DNA of 63,917 nt, counting the filler, from Malassezia furfur (taxonomy: Eukaryota): NCBI GenBank assembly GCA_052055015.1. It is 5 parts of 5 records of this genome, joined end to end, with 100 filler letters (N's around TTAATTAATTAA, not from the genome) between each part and the next. Parts side by side here need not be neighbours in the genome. Positions count along the whole stretch, not along the records: positions 13,537 to 26,968 come from JBQJIT010000318.1; positions 27,069 to 40,391 come from JBQJIT010000321.1; 3 more parts are not named here. One strand, written 5' to 3'. The notes below the pieces were generated by a model that ran no database searches, was not told the DNA's origin, and saw only the letters and a list, made by a program, of their open reading frames with translations. The position numbers were made by a program, and so were the translations under genes. Below, in pieces: positions 25,694 to 36,344 of this stretch. Position 1 is the first letter of the stretch. The number at the start of each line of letters is the position of its first letter.

Positions 25694-26968
25694 CCGAGGA
25701 GCAGGAGATGGACGAGGATGCCGCGGCGGTCGCCGAGTACGAGATCCAGGACCGGACCGAGACCAACCTGGTCAACTTGCGCCGCACCATCTACCTTGTG
25801 ATCATGTCGTCGCTCGACTACGAAGAGTGCGTACACAAGCTGCTCAAACTCAACGTGCGCGACGATCTCAAGATCGAGCTGTGCAACATGGTGATCGAGT
25901 GCTGCTCGCAGGAGCGCACCTACTCCAAGTTTTACGGGCACATCGGCGAGCGCCTCTGCAAGCTGCACCGGCTGTGGTCGGGGCTGTTTGAGCAGTGCTT
26001 CCGGACGTACTACGACACCATCCACCGTTACGAAACGAACCGTCTGCGCAACATCGCGCGCTTCTTTGGCTGTCTGCTCGCGACCGACAGCATCAGCTGG
26101 TCGTGCTTTGAGATTGTGCACATGACCGAGGGCGACACGACGTCCTCGTCGCGCATCTTTATCAAGATCTTGTTTAATGAGCTGCAGTCGCTGCTCAGCG
26201 TCAAGGTGCTTGTACAGCGCTTTGCCGAGCCGAGCATGCAGGACGCCTTTGCCAACATGTTCCCCAAGGGCGACCCCAAGGATACGCGCTTCTCGATCAA
26301 CTACTTTACGAGCATTGGGCTCGGCGCACTCACCGAGGACATGCGCGAGTACCTCAAGGATGCGCCGCGGATTATGATGGAGCGGCGCGAAGCCGAGCTC
26401 GCGGCGCGCCGTGCCGACGAGTCGGACGCGTCGTCGCTGTCGGACACGGACAGCTACTCGAGCTACTCGAGCTACTCGAGCCGCTCGAGCCGCTCGTATA
26501 GCCGCTCGCCCCGTGGTCGGTCGTACAGCCGGTCGTACAGCCGCTCGCCGCGCAGTCGCTCGTACAGCCGCTCGCCGTCGCCGCGCGGGCGCTCGTACAG
26601 TCGCTCGTACAGTCGCTCGCCGCGCGGGCGCTCGTACAGCCGCTCGTACAGCCGCTCGCCGCGCGGGCGCTCGTACAGTCGCACGCCCTCCAGCCGGTAC
26701 AGCCGCTCGCCGTCGCCGCGCAGGCGCTCGTACAGGCGCTCGTACAGTCGGTCGCCACGCGGGCGCTCGTACAGCCGGTCCCCGTCGCCACGCAGGCGCT
26801 CATACAGCCGCTCGCCGTCGCCGCACCGGTCGTATAGCCGCTCGCCGTCGCCTGTGCGCCGGCGCGGAACGTACCGTTCGCCGTCGCCCCGGCGCTACGC
26901 GTCGCGCTCACCGACCCCGCCGCGGCGCGTGGCCCGCGTGCGACGATCGTGCGCCCTGGCTACATTGT
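24709..26968 (+). CDS. CWC22: Pre-mRNA splicing factor Cwc22 (MIF4G + MA3, RS tail), truncated by the gap
   Basis: GGAYVPPARL, YQRMNWEALRKSI, RFSINYFTSIGLG. Confidence 0.95.
26452..26915 (+). repeat. Coding degenerate tandem repeat (SRSYSRSPRG / SRSPSPR units) forming the RS domain
   Basis: Recurrent cgctcgtacagccgctcgccg units. Confidence 0.85.
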
Positions 26969-27068
26969 NNNNNNNNNNNNNNNNNNNNNNNNNNNNNNNN
27001 NNNNNNNNNNNNTTAATTAATTAANNNNNNNNNNNNNNNNNNNNNNNNNNNNNNNNNNNNNNNNNNNN
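26969..27068. other. Artificial contig spacer
   Basis: 44N-TTAATTAATTAA-44N. Confidence 0.98.
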
Positions 27069-28016
27069 CCGCCCGTCCGGACGGCGCTGCGGGTACCGTT
27101 TGCGCACGGCGTCGTCGACGTGCGCAACCACACCGACCAGCCCTCGGAGATTGCGCTGCTCGACGCGCACGACGAGGTGCAGTGGCTCGACTTTGTTGCC
27201 AAGCCGTGCGTCTGTGCGACCGGGTGTGCGGAATTTGTCGCGGCGGCGCTCACCGACGGCACGCTGCTCTGGTACGCACTGCGGGGGCCACGTCTGTGCA
27301 CCATGGTGCTCGGTGAGCCGGTGATCCACCTCGCCAGTGCGAACCACATTCTCGCGGCGGTCCTGTGCAATGGCCAAGTGCGGTGCTGGGACGTCTCCCG
27401 GGCAAGCGCCCTCGAAGGAAGCGCACAGCTCCCGCCCGGCGCCGAGATCCGCCACTTTTACGTGCACACCAACGGCGTGCCTGTATTTGTCCTATCGAAT
27501 GGCGAGGCGTTCGGCCTCGACGCCCAGAAAAATGCGCTGCGTACACTCGCCTCGGCATGGCTCGCGCAGCACAGCACCGCGTGGGATGCCGTGAGCGGCA
27601 CGCGCGATCCGGTGCGCCGCGTCGAGGCGGAGACCGCAGAGCTCATCCCATTCACCAACCGGCACGCCTCGTCGCATGCCGAGTTTCCCGCGGCCGCGAC
27701 GCTGCGTCACCTCGAAATGCGCATGGCCGCCGCCGAGCTGCTGGACAGTGCGACCGAGTACCGCCAGGCGGTGCATGCCCTTGCGCGGCAGCTCGCCGAA
27801 CAGGGTATCCGCAACCAGGCAGAGGAGCTCCTGCGGGCGCTGCTGGGCCCGATTTACTACCAGCCCAGTGCACGGCCCGCGTGGAAGCCCGAGGTGTGCG
27901 GCCTGTCGAAACGCGAGCTGCTCGCCTCGGTGCTGTCGGTGATGAGCATGAACCGAACGCTCGCGGAGCTCGTACAGCACGTGCAGTCGCTCCTCGATGC
28001 GGTCAACGCGCAATAA
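27069..28016 (+). CDS. HIR1: HIR complex subunit Hir1/HIRA, C-terminal fragment
   Basis: TLRHLE.RM.AA..L.S..EYR, AEELLR.LLGP, W.P.VCGL.KRELL..VL (Hira domain). Confidence 0.85.
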   Translation, partial: PPVRTALRVPFAHGVVDVRNHTDQPSEIALLDAHDEVQWLDFVAKPCVCATGCAEFVAAALTDGTLLWYALRGPRLCTMVLGEPVIHLASANHILAAVLCNGQVRCWDVSRASALEGSAQLPPGAEIRHFYVHTNGVPVFVLSNGEAFGLDAQKNALRTLASAWLAQHSTAWDAVSGTRDPVRRVEAETAELIPFTNRHASSHAEFPAAATLRHLEMRMAAAELLDSATEYRQAVHALARQLAEQGIRNQAEELLRALLGPIYYQPSARPAWKPEVCGLSKRELLASVLSVMSMNRTLAELVQHVQSLLDAVNAQ

Positions 28017-28368
28017 GTAGATACCCTAGCTCATACCCCGCCGTCCGGCTGCCCCGGTGCCTCCAGACGCCCGCCGATCGGACGATCGCCTCTCGGCATC
28101 GGCCTCCCATGTGGAGGGCGCAGGAACGACATGACACCCCGATCGATGCGACACGCGGGGGCGGGACGTTTCTATCACGTGTGGGGGCCCGCGCAGCAGC
28201 GGGCAGGTCGCCGCGGGCTGCAGGCGGGGCCGGATGTGCCTAGCACCGAGTAGAACCCACTTGCACCGCATCGTTCCCCCACACGCAAGGCACCGTCGTC
28301 ATAGACAAGTTTTCGCACCTAGCGAAAAACGACTTACTAACAACCCTATTGCTATAGACAAAAAGAGA

Positions 28369-29436
28369 TTACCAGATCGTGTGACCACCGGTGACGATAA
28401 TGTCGGCACCGTTGCAGAAAGACGAAGCGTGGCTCGCGAGCCACACCACAACACCACGCAGCTCGTGCGGGCGACCAATGCGGCCGAGCGGGTTGGCGTC
28501 GCTCCAGCGGCGGAGCATATCGGGGTCCGAGTCGAGCTGGTCGGCGACAAGGTTCGTGCGGATGTAACCGGGCGAGACAGTGTTGACACGAATGTTCTTG
28601 GGGCCCCACTCAGCGGCCAGGTTGCGGCCCATCTGGAGCACGGCAGCCTTGGACGTGTTGTACGCAACCCACTGCTGATCCCGGTTCACGACGGTACCCG
28701 ACATCGAGCCAATGAGAATGATCGAGCCGCCAACGTTCTCCTGCTTGTACATCACGCGCGCCGCAGCCTGCGCAGTGATGAAGACACCGATCGTGTTCAC
28801 CTCAAGCACCTTGCGGAACTCCTGGATCGGGTAGTCAATGGCAGGGTGGGTCTGCATCACACCAGCGCAGGCAACGCAAATGTCCAGCGAGTTGGTGCCC
28901 GAGTGCTCCAGGATGAAGGGCATCGCCTCGTTCATCTCCTCGACGTTGGTGACGTCAGCCGAGATGTACTCGATCTGGCGGTCCAGCTTGTGACAGTGCT
29001 CGGCGACCTTCTTGAACTCCTCGCAAGGCTCCTCGGGAAGGTCAATCACGTAGACGTGCGCACCGGCCTCGACGTAGGCCAGCGCCATCTCGAGACCCAG
29101 GCCACGGTTACCACCGGTAACCACCGCAGTCATGCCCTCGAGCGAGAACTCGGAAAAGATAGTCGTGGTATGACGGTCCAGCGTCTCGGGGTTCTGCTTC
29201 AGGATCGCGTTGACACCGATCTTGGACTCGGGCGGCGGCGGGCCGGGGTTGATGGGCATTTCCTCGGGCTTCACCTTCGGGCGCGGGGGCGCCGACCAGT
29301 GCTTCATCTCCGCCGTGGGGCGGGTCCAGAGAGTGAATGCGCGCGATGCGGACGGGACAGCCGGCTTAGCAGGACGCATGGCCTGCATAGCTGTCCGGAG
29401 CATGGCAGCGGAGGGGACGTTGCGGGGAGAGATCAT
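28369..29436 (-). CDS. Short-chain dehydrogenase (sorbose reductase/D-arabinitol dehydrogenase-like) with probable mitochondrial presequence
   Basis: TGGNRGLG, SMSG, YNTSK, IRVNTVSPGY; start could also be ATG 29403. Confidence 0.88.
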   Translation of the reverse strand: MISPRNVPSAAMLRTAMQAMRPAKPAVPSASRAFTLWTRPTAEMKHWSAPPRPKVKPEEMPINPGPPPPESKIGVNAILKQNPETLDRHTTTIFSEFSLEGMTAVVTGGNRGLGLEMALAYVEAGAHVYVIDLPEEPCEEFKKVAEHCHKLDRQIEYISADVTNVEEMNEAMPFILEHSGTNSLDICVACAGVMQTHPAIDYPIQEFRKVLEVNTIGVFITAQAAARVMYKQENVGGSIILIGSMSGTVVNRDQQWVAYNTSKAAVLQMGRNLAAEWGPKNIRVNTVSPGYIRTNLVADQLDSDPDMLRRWSDANPLGRIGRPHELRGVVVWLASHASSFCNGADIIVTGGHTIW

Positions 29437-29748
29437 TGCAATCGCAAGAGGACTAGTGACAAGTGGGGAAGATGGAAAGACAGTGACTCCGTTTATATCT
29501 CTTCGGAACTCGGGGAATCTTCAAAATCACGGCTTTCCCGCGTTGCCCTTGTCCACGGCAACGGAATCTGACGCATCTAACAGGGAACCAGGTTACCCCA
29601 GTGCAGGGTGACTGGGAATTATCGATATTCGGGGTACTGATTTGGCCGTGCGCACGTAACGGACAAATAATCGTGCGTCCCCGCATGTCCATGTGCTATC
29701 CTCCACACTGCGCAGTTGCCTACATGCCCAACGGATGGGTTAGTCAAA

Positions 29749-30710
29749 TTAAATGCTAGTGCGCAGCGAGCCGGCATTTTTAGCATCGCGCAGAAACTGC
29801 ATAGTTGCGATGGGGTCGTGCGTGTGCGCAACACGTTGCACTTCGGGGTCGTGGACCATCATAAACGGGTTGTGCTTGCGCTCTTCCCCAATTGTATAGA
29901 TGCCTGTCGTCACGCCGCCGTTCCGCTTCGCGCGCAGGTCCTCGACCAGCGCCTGCACCTCCGCACGCTTGGGAAGAATTGCCGCACTGAACGCGACATT
30001 CGACTTGGTGTATTCTGCGTGAGCGAAAAGTACATACCATGACCACAATAGACCAACGTATCCGAAGGGAGCGAGGCCAGCTTCTCGTTCAGCGCGGTGT
30101 TCATCTCTTCGGCCGTTCCCTCGAAGAACCGGCCACACCCAGAGATAAACAGCGTGTCACCCGTGAAAACACCACGTTTCTTTTCACCCTGTGCGCCTTC
30201 CTTCAGGCCCGCAGGGGTCTGGCTGAGTTCGTCGTTGCTACGCGCATCCTCCACCAGGTAGCAGATGGAGTCCTGCGTATGGCACGGGGTTGCGTAGCAC
30301 GACACCTCCACGGGGGCCGACTCCTCGAACAGCGTAAACGTCTCCTTATCGTGAACGCGCACGGTGACCCCTTCAATGCCACTGGACCCGCCATAAATGG
30401 GCACCTTCGGATACTCTTGTGCGAAAGTGTCATTGCCGCCCGCATGGTCGTAGTGGCCGTGCGTGGTGAGCAAACCCACAATGTCGGTGTCTTTCAGCCC
30501 TTCGGCGTGCGCCGCCTTGCGCACTTTTGCCACATCGTAAGGGTCGACAAATACCGCCTGGGGGCGTACGCCCTGCTTGGTCGGCGTAGACATCAGAATG
30601 TACGCATAATTGTCTTCGCGAACAGGAACCGGGATTACACGCATCGTACGCCTTAGATCTGGACAGAAGGTCCGTGCAATTTGGGGACGGGCCAGAGCGC
30701 GGAGGAGCAT
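29749..30710 (-). CDS. GLO2: Hydroxyacylglutathione hydrolase (glyoxalase II); 23-nt intron 30015-30037
   Basis: THGHYDHAGG, TPCHT, FTGDTLF..GCGRFFEG; splicing restores CGHEYT. Confidence 0.93.
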
Positions 30711-30920
30711 TATGCAGGACGGATGCCAAGGGATTATAAATCGTTAAATCCTATACAGGGAAGTGGGCAGCCAGGGCGGTCACGCAGAAACCCTGATACC
30801 GACCCTACTCACACAGCCCTAGGGCAGGGTGGATGTAGGGTCACAACGACAATGATCTATCGTCATACCACAAAGTGACGTCGTTGATCGACCATGGGCG
30901 GGAAAGCCTGATGGTCTTGC

Positions 30921-31373
30921 TTAGTTGTTCTGGCTAAACTTGTAGCCACACTTAGGGCAGTCGTAAAACACCGTGGACCCTTCGTCTGCACTGCGCAGCT
31001 GCAGCGTGTGGAAGTTCATCTCCTCGTTCCCACAGCCGGGGCACTTTTCCTTGATCGTGGCCTGTTCCATAGCCGCTCCCCCGTCGTCTCCGAGCGCATT
31101 GCTCACGAGCTGGCGCTTCTGCCGGAGCACGGAAGGGAAGGCGCTGGGATGTGACCGGGTCACCACTTCGAGGTTATCGTAGACTGGCGTCAGCGAGCGT
31201 AGACATACTTCGTGCATCTTGCACCGTGCCACAGGGCGCGCACTTGATGACATCGTCGTTGTTCGGCAGATCCAGCAATGATCCACACGCCGAACAGAAC
31301 AAGAGCGATCCGATCTTATCTACAGGTCAGTCTCGCTCTGCAGCATACCCGGAAGCACCACGCCCGTCGCCAT
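30921..31373 (-). CDS. RPA12: RNA polymerase I subunit A12; introns 31320-31348, 31184-31208
   Basis: [15 protein letters not shown] and CPGCG...[18 protein letters not shown] zinc ribbons. Confidence 0.93.
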
Positions 31374-31456
31374 CACGCTGCCCTCGTCGTTGCAGACGAC
31401 AATGGCACGCACCAAAAATTTTGAGTCACGTGTTCCCTCCACGCGACGGACGCTAT

Positions 31457-32835
31457 TTAGACACGAATATGGAAAAGGCGGTTGAGCTGCTCGCAGCTCT
31501 CGTACACCTCGGCTTGAATCTTGTTGATCTTGGCCTGATCCGCCTGGAGTCAGTAGATTGTACGTACCCCGAACCCAAAGAACCCCTGCGCATCCGACAG
31601 GCGACGGCGCTTGTACTCTTGCGCATTCTCGCACTGGCGGTATAGCTCCTTCATCCACGCCTCCTCCACGCGCCGCTCGAACGCAAGCAGCTCGGGACTG
31701 CTCTTGTCCTTGGAGTAGCGCTGAACCGTACCACCACGCCGCGTCGACGTCGTGGTAGACGTCACATACGGATGACGTGCAAAGGACACGGGGTCCACAT
31801 AGTACGACACGCCGCGCTGGAAGGTCGTCCGGTGCGCCCGGTGCATCGTCGTGGGCCGCCAGCGGAATTCGGGATCCTGCACCGTGAACAGCGACGGGAT
31901 ATAGGACAGCAGCGAAAAGGCGATCAGCACAAGGATGGGCAGCAGCTGGAACCACATGCTCGTCTGGGTGTTGTTCGCCTGACGCTGGCCTGGGCCCGGA
32001 CGGCCGCGCGCGGCGCCCGGCCGGTAGTATTGCGTCCGAATGCCCGGTCCGCCAAAGGTGAACACATTGCCGCCGCCGAATCCGCCTAGGTAAGCAAAAA
32101 CACATACCGCCCGACATGCCTCCGCCAAAGAACATGTTAAAGAGGTCCTCGGGGTCGATTTCGGCGCCCATCCCTGGCCGCATGCGCGCACCGCCGCCAA
32201 AGCCTCGGAACGCCTGGGCCGAGCTCGAGGCGGCAGCAGCGCCGAAGCGGCTGTCTGGGTCGCCGCCGAAGCGGTCGTACGCAGCACGCTTATCCTTGTC
32301 CGAGAGCACGGTAAAGGCCTTGGAAACGACTGTGGGTCAGAAGAAAGGGACGTACGCTTGAACGCTTCATCCGCGCCCGGCGCGCGGTTCTTGTCCGGGT
32401 GAAGCTGCAACGCGAGCTGGATGTGAGCACGAGTGCTGTGCCTACCTTTTTGTACGACTTTTTGATGTCCGTCTCGGACGCGGTCTTTTCGATCTGGAGC
32501 ACGGAGTAAAAGTCGCCCCCCGCCTGCTTCACGCGCCGGACCACTTCAATTTGGGTCTGCGTATATTCTTGTTTCGCCCCCGATGCATTCGAGGTCGTTG
32601 TTTTGGTCGTAGTCGAGGTATACGTGGTTTCTGACGGAGCGCTGGCGGGCTCTCCCTTAGCAGACGGCGTGCCTTGGGTGCCGACGGTCTCCAGGCGCGA
32701 GACGAGCGTCGTCGCTTCGGGCGTGGAGTAGATGGACACACTTTTGCGTGCCCACTTCAATGCTGCGTCCCTGTTCCCATTTGCGTCATGCTTGCGCGCA
32801 AGGTTTAACGCCTTCTGCGCGTCGTCGGCCTCCAT
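31457..32835 (-). CDS. ER membrane DnaJ protein (DNAJB12/Hlj1 type, DUF1977 tail); introns 32417-32445, 32330-32355, 32086-32107, 31544-31567
   Basis: Spliced J domain with HPDKN, G/F region, TM helix, C-terminal Cys pair. Confidence 0.88.
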
Positions 32836-32933
32836 GGCTCCAGCGCTGTACGACGACGTGGAAGGCAGGGGGGCGTGGGTAATTCCCCAAAGTGAGTCGC
32901 TTAAATCCTATGTGGACGAAAGTGCGGGGGCTA

Positions 32934-33860
32934 TCAGAAGAAGCGGTCCATGACGGACTGCGACACCTCGACACCGACAAACACGGCAGCGTTCGCGGGG
33001 AAGGCACGCGCCATGGCGGGGCCAAAGCCACGGAACAACGCACCAACACCGTCCGCGGCAATTGTCTTGCGCGCGCAGTCAAGGAAGCCCTTGTACGTGC
33101 CCTCCGGAGCACCCTGGTAGCGCGACTTGATCACATCCGGAGGAATGGCAAAGGCCCACATGGCCATACCAGCCAGACCACCGGCCGTGATGGTGGTCAG
33201 GATGTTAACGTCCTTGGGGTCTGCGTCCTTCGGCAGCAGCGAGCGCTTCGCAATCTCGTACGCAGCGAAGTACGCCGCCGAGCCAGGACCATCACGAGCG
33301 AGGGTCGCGCCCGTGCCCTTGAAGATGGAGCGGAGACCGCCCTCCTTGTACAGCTGGCGGACGACATCACCGGGGCCGCTGTACTGCGGACCACCCGCAC
33401 CCTGGCCCTGGAGTTGGAGCAGCACCTTGATACGCTCCGCGGGACCAGCCACGAGCGTAGTGGGAATGGCACTAAAGAAACCGGCAAACGCAAGCTCGCC
33501 AAGCGAGAGGTGTTCGTCCTTGCGGTTGGGAGTGGCACCGTAGACAATCTTCTTGCCCAGGTCATACGAAAAGAACGACAACGCAAAGATAGGGGTGACA
33601 CCAATCAGGGGCGGGCCCATACCACGGTAGAGACCCTTCACACCATCGACAGCAATGGTCTTGCGCACAGCATCGAGCGCACCCGAGTACGTGCCCGGCG
33701 GGGCCGTCTGCAGACGCGTTTTGATGAGGTCGAAGGGGTGGCCGGCAAGAATGGCACAAACACCACCGAAGCCGCCCGAGATGAACGACTTGGCGGCGGT
33801 CGCCACACCGCTCTTCTGCAGCTCCATATCCACACTCTCCGTTGCAATGTCGTCCGCCAT
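32934..33860 (-). CDS. CRC1: Mitochondrial carnitine/acylcarnitine carrier
   Basis: GHPFDLIKTRLQ, PAERIK, PPDVIKSR, RAFPANAA. Confidence 0.92.
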   Translation of the reverse strand: MADDIATESVDMELQKSGVATAAKSFISGGFGGVCAILAGHPFDLIKTRLQTAPPGTYSGALDAVRKTIAVDGVKGLYRGMGPPLIGVTPIFALSFFSYDLGKKIVYGATPNRKDEHLSLGELAFAGFFSAIPTTLVAGPAERIKVLLQLQGQGAGGPQYSGPGDVVRQLYKEGGLRSIFKGTGATLARDGPGSAAYFAAYEIAKRSLLPKDADPKDVNILTTITAGGLAGMAMWAFAIPPDVIKSRYQGAPEGTYKGFLDCARKTIAADGVGALFRGFGPAMARAFPANAAVFVGVEVSQSVMDRFF

Positions 33861-34016
33861 GTTTTTTTTTGCTCGAGACAAGGAAAGAAACCACGTCTCC
33901 GCAGCGCGGGGGCGCAAATTATCACTGGGCCCCGGGCCGGTCAGCCGGATTCTCCACGTGGGGCCCATGTGCACATCTTGGCCCTGTTGTGGACATTCGC
34001 AGCACGGAGCACAGCG

Positions 34017-35978
34017 ATGGCCGACACGTTCCTGTCGTTGCCAGAGTTCTTCGAGGGAGAGCTGGGCGAAAGTTTGCAGTCTCGAACTGAGACGCTCGCT
34101 TCGTTCCGAGAACTTGGCCCTCCTGATCTTTGCCACGCGCTCAAGTCAAATGGGCGAAAGGAATTGGGATCCTACCACTATGTCTCCGGTGTCGATGCGT
34201 CCTCCTCTGCGACATTGGCCACGTACATCACCAGCCTCTCCTATGAGATGGAACATAACCCTGCATGGTTTAGCAGCAAAAACCCGTACAAGCTCAAGGG
34301 CGGCGTGTACTGCTGCTTCAATGCCTTCTCGCGGGTGGATCTCCGCGTTGAGGTGTGCATTCCGGGGACCGTGCTGACCTACGTCGTGAATGCGCGGGGC
34401 GAGCGGCACGAAGCGTCGCCCGAGATTTGGCAGGAGACTTACCTGTCGGCGGTGCTTCGTGCGATCTTGTATGCAGACGACGCCAACTACCGTCTTGCAG
34501 GCTACCGCAAACTGGATCCGATCCCCACGATGGAGCACGAGATCCGCTTCTTGCTCGCGGCGGAGAACCTCTTCTTCAAGGGGTGGCAACTCGGTAGCGA
34601 GCCTGAGATCCAGGTGGCGACCATTGTGCACAACCATTTGTCGGCCGGCATCCTCAAGTACTTCGGCGAGTCGTCGAGGTATGAGCAGGCTGTCAACCTG
34701 TTTGAGAAGCTGTGGGCACGAGAGCCCGAGGTCGCTGCGCTGGTGGCACAGTCGTACTTGGGCATGAACCAAGAGGTGAAGGCCGTGCAGATCATGCATC
34801 GCTCGCTGCAGCAGAACCCGTACAACTATGTGCTCCTGCATGTCCAGTGCGATTTTCTGCGCGAAAAGGGCAAGCTGGACTGGGCGATCCGACTTGCCAA
34901 GCAGGCCGTCAGCTGTGCACCGAGTGAGTTTGTGACGTGGGCCAAATTGGCGGACTGTTACGTGGATGCCGGCGAGTGGTCGGCGGCGCTGTTCACGCTC
35001 AACTCGTGTCCGATGTTTACGTACAATGAGCGCGACTTGCACCGTCTCCCGCAAGCTGTGCGGACGCATTTCCCCATTCGTCCCCTGGCGGCGCAAAGCA
35101 AGCTGTTGGATGAAGACAGCGCCAATGACAACGAGACAGACGTCGCTTTGTTGCGGCTTCCTGCGCCGGCCTTGCGCGGCACCTTTGCGAGTGCCTACAA
35201 AATCCTGACCAAGCTGGTCAGCAAAATCGGCTGGGACGAGCTGCTGAAGTGCCGATCGGAGGTGTTTGTGATGGAGGAAGAGTATCGCTCGCAGCACTCC
35301 AAGGAGGAAACGCCTGCAAACCCACCCAACTCGGACGACACCACCACGCGCCCAGACCCGATTGGTACCAAGGATGACCAAGGTGCATCGGGGCAGCAGA
35401 AGGAACCAGGTCATTGGATGTCATTCACGGAAAAGCGCCTCTGTGAGCGCTGGCTGGACAATCTGTTCATGGTTCTCTACGAAGACTTGCGCATTTATAC
35501 AATTTGGCGTGCGGAACTGGCGCACTACCAAGCGCAGTCCATGCCGTTCCGCAAGTCGGGGACCGATTGGGAGATTCTGGGGGAGCTTGCGCTGCGACTG
35601 CATCACCCCGAAGAGGCGCACGAGGCCTTCCTACTGTGCATTGGACAAAAGTTTAGTCCACGCGCATACCAGCGCCTGATGGAGCAGTGTGTTGAACTGA
35701 ACAACGTCGAGCAAGCGCTTTCCATGGCCCTGCACCTCGTCGCCTACAACTACCGTTGGTACACAGACTGTGTCTTCCCTGGAGCGGTGGCCAAGAGCCT
35801 TTTTGGACTAATCAAAACCGAGGGCTTGAGCAAAGTGTCCAACATTCTCATCTCTATGAAACCACTGCCGGCTATGCTACGACTCATGCAGCGGGTACGT
35901 AATGCCTTTTACCGGAATACTGACCTACAGTACTTTGCCTACGCCCAAGAGTTCCGTATCCCTGGATCTCAATACTGA
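34017..35978 (+). CDS. ChAPs family exomer cargo adaptor (Bch1/Bud7-like); probable 36-nt in-frame intron 35895-35930
   Basis: LGPPDL, GVDASSSA.LA.Y, YCCFNAFSRVD, LNSCPM, KRLCERWLDNLF. Confidence 0.92.
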   Translation: MADTFLSLPEFFEGELGESLQSRTETLASFRELGPPDLCHALKSNGRKELGSYHYVSGVDASSSATLATYITSLSYEMEHNPAWFSSKNPYKLKGGVYCCFNAFSRVDLRVEVCIPGTVLTYVVNARGERHEASPEIWQETYLSAVLRAILYADDANYRLAGYRKLDPIPTMEHEIRFLLAAENLFFKGWQLGSEPEIQVATIVHNHLSAGILKYFGESSRYEQAVNLFEKLWAREPEVAALVAQSYLGMNQEVKAVQIMHRSLQQNPYNYVLLHVQCDFLREKGKLDWAIRLAKQAVSCAPSEFVTWAKLADCYVDAGEWSAALFTLNSCPMFTYNERDLHRLPQAVRTHFPIRPLAAQSKLLDEDSANDNETDVALLRLPAPALRGTFASAYKILTKLVSKIGWDELLKCRSEVFVMEEEYRSQHSKEETPANPPNSDDTTTRPDPIGTKDDQGASGQQKEPGHWMSFTEKRLCERWLDNLFMVLYEDLRIYTIWRAELAHYQAQSMPFRKSGTDWEILGELALRLHHPEEAHEAFLLCIGQKFSPRAYQRLMEQCVELNNVEQALSMALHLVAYNYRWYTDCVFPGAVAKSLFGLIKTEGLSKVSNILISMKPLPAMLRLMQRVRNAFYRNTDLQYFAYAQEFRIPGSQY

Positions 35979-36344
35979 TAAGGGAATAGCACACGATGTA
36001 GCCTAATCGGCATGTACCATGTTAGTTTCGCTTCATAGGTCCCCTTTTGAGCGAATTTATGCGGCCATACACCAGGGCGTGGACGGAAATATACCGTGTA
36101 GCTATCAGCAATGGTTGGGCTGCTTTTTCGTTTTGCATGGCCGTGCGCGAGTCAAAAAAGACCAATGCAGTGAGAAAATTTGCGCATCGGCTTAGAAATC
36201 AAATGATGGGCTCGGAATGGCCCAATTCAGTCCGTATCTGGTTGTTTAAGCATAGGACAAAGTTTGGCTGCACGTACTTACGTGATGCATTTGTTGTGTA
36301 CACCGGATCCGAGGGAAATTCGGTCCCTGAACCCTGCCATCACA

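Noticed and set aside
26452..26915. CRISPR-like or satellite array
   Set aside because: It is an in-frame coding repeat for the Cwc22 RS domain with no unique spacers.
32892..35978. 1028-aa fusion ORF
   Set aside because: The first about 375 codons are the antisense of CRC1 plus its promoter; the ChAP protein starts at ATG 34017.
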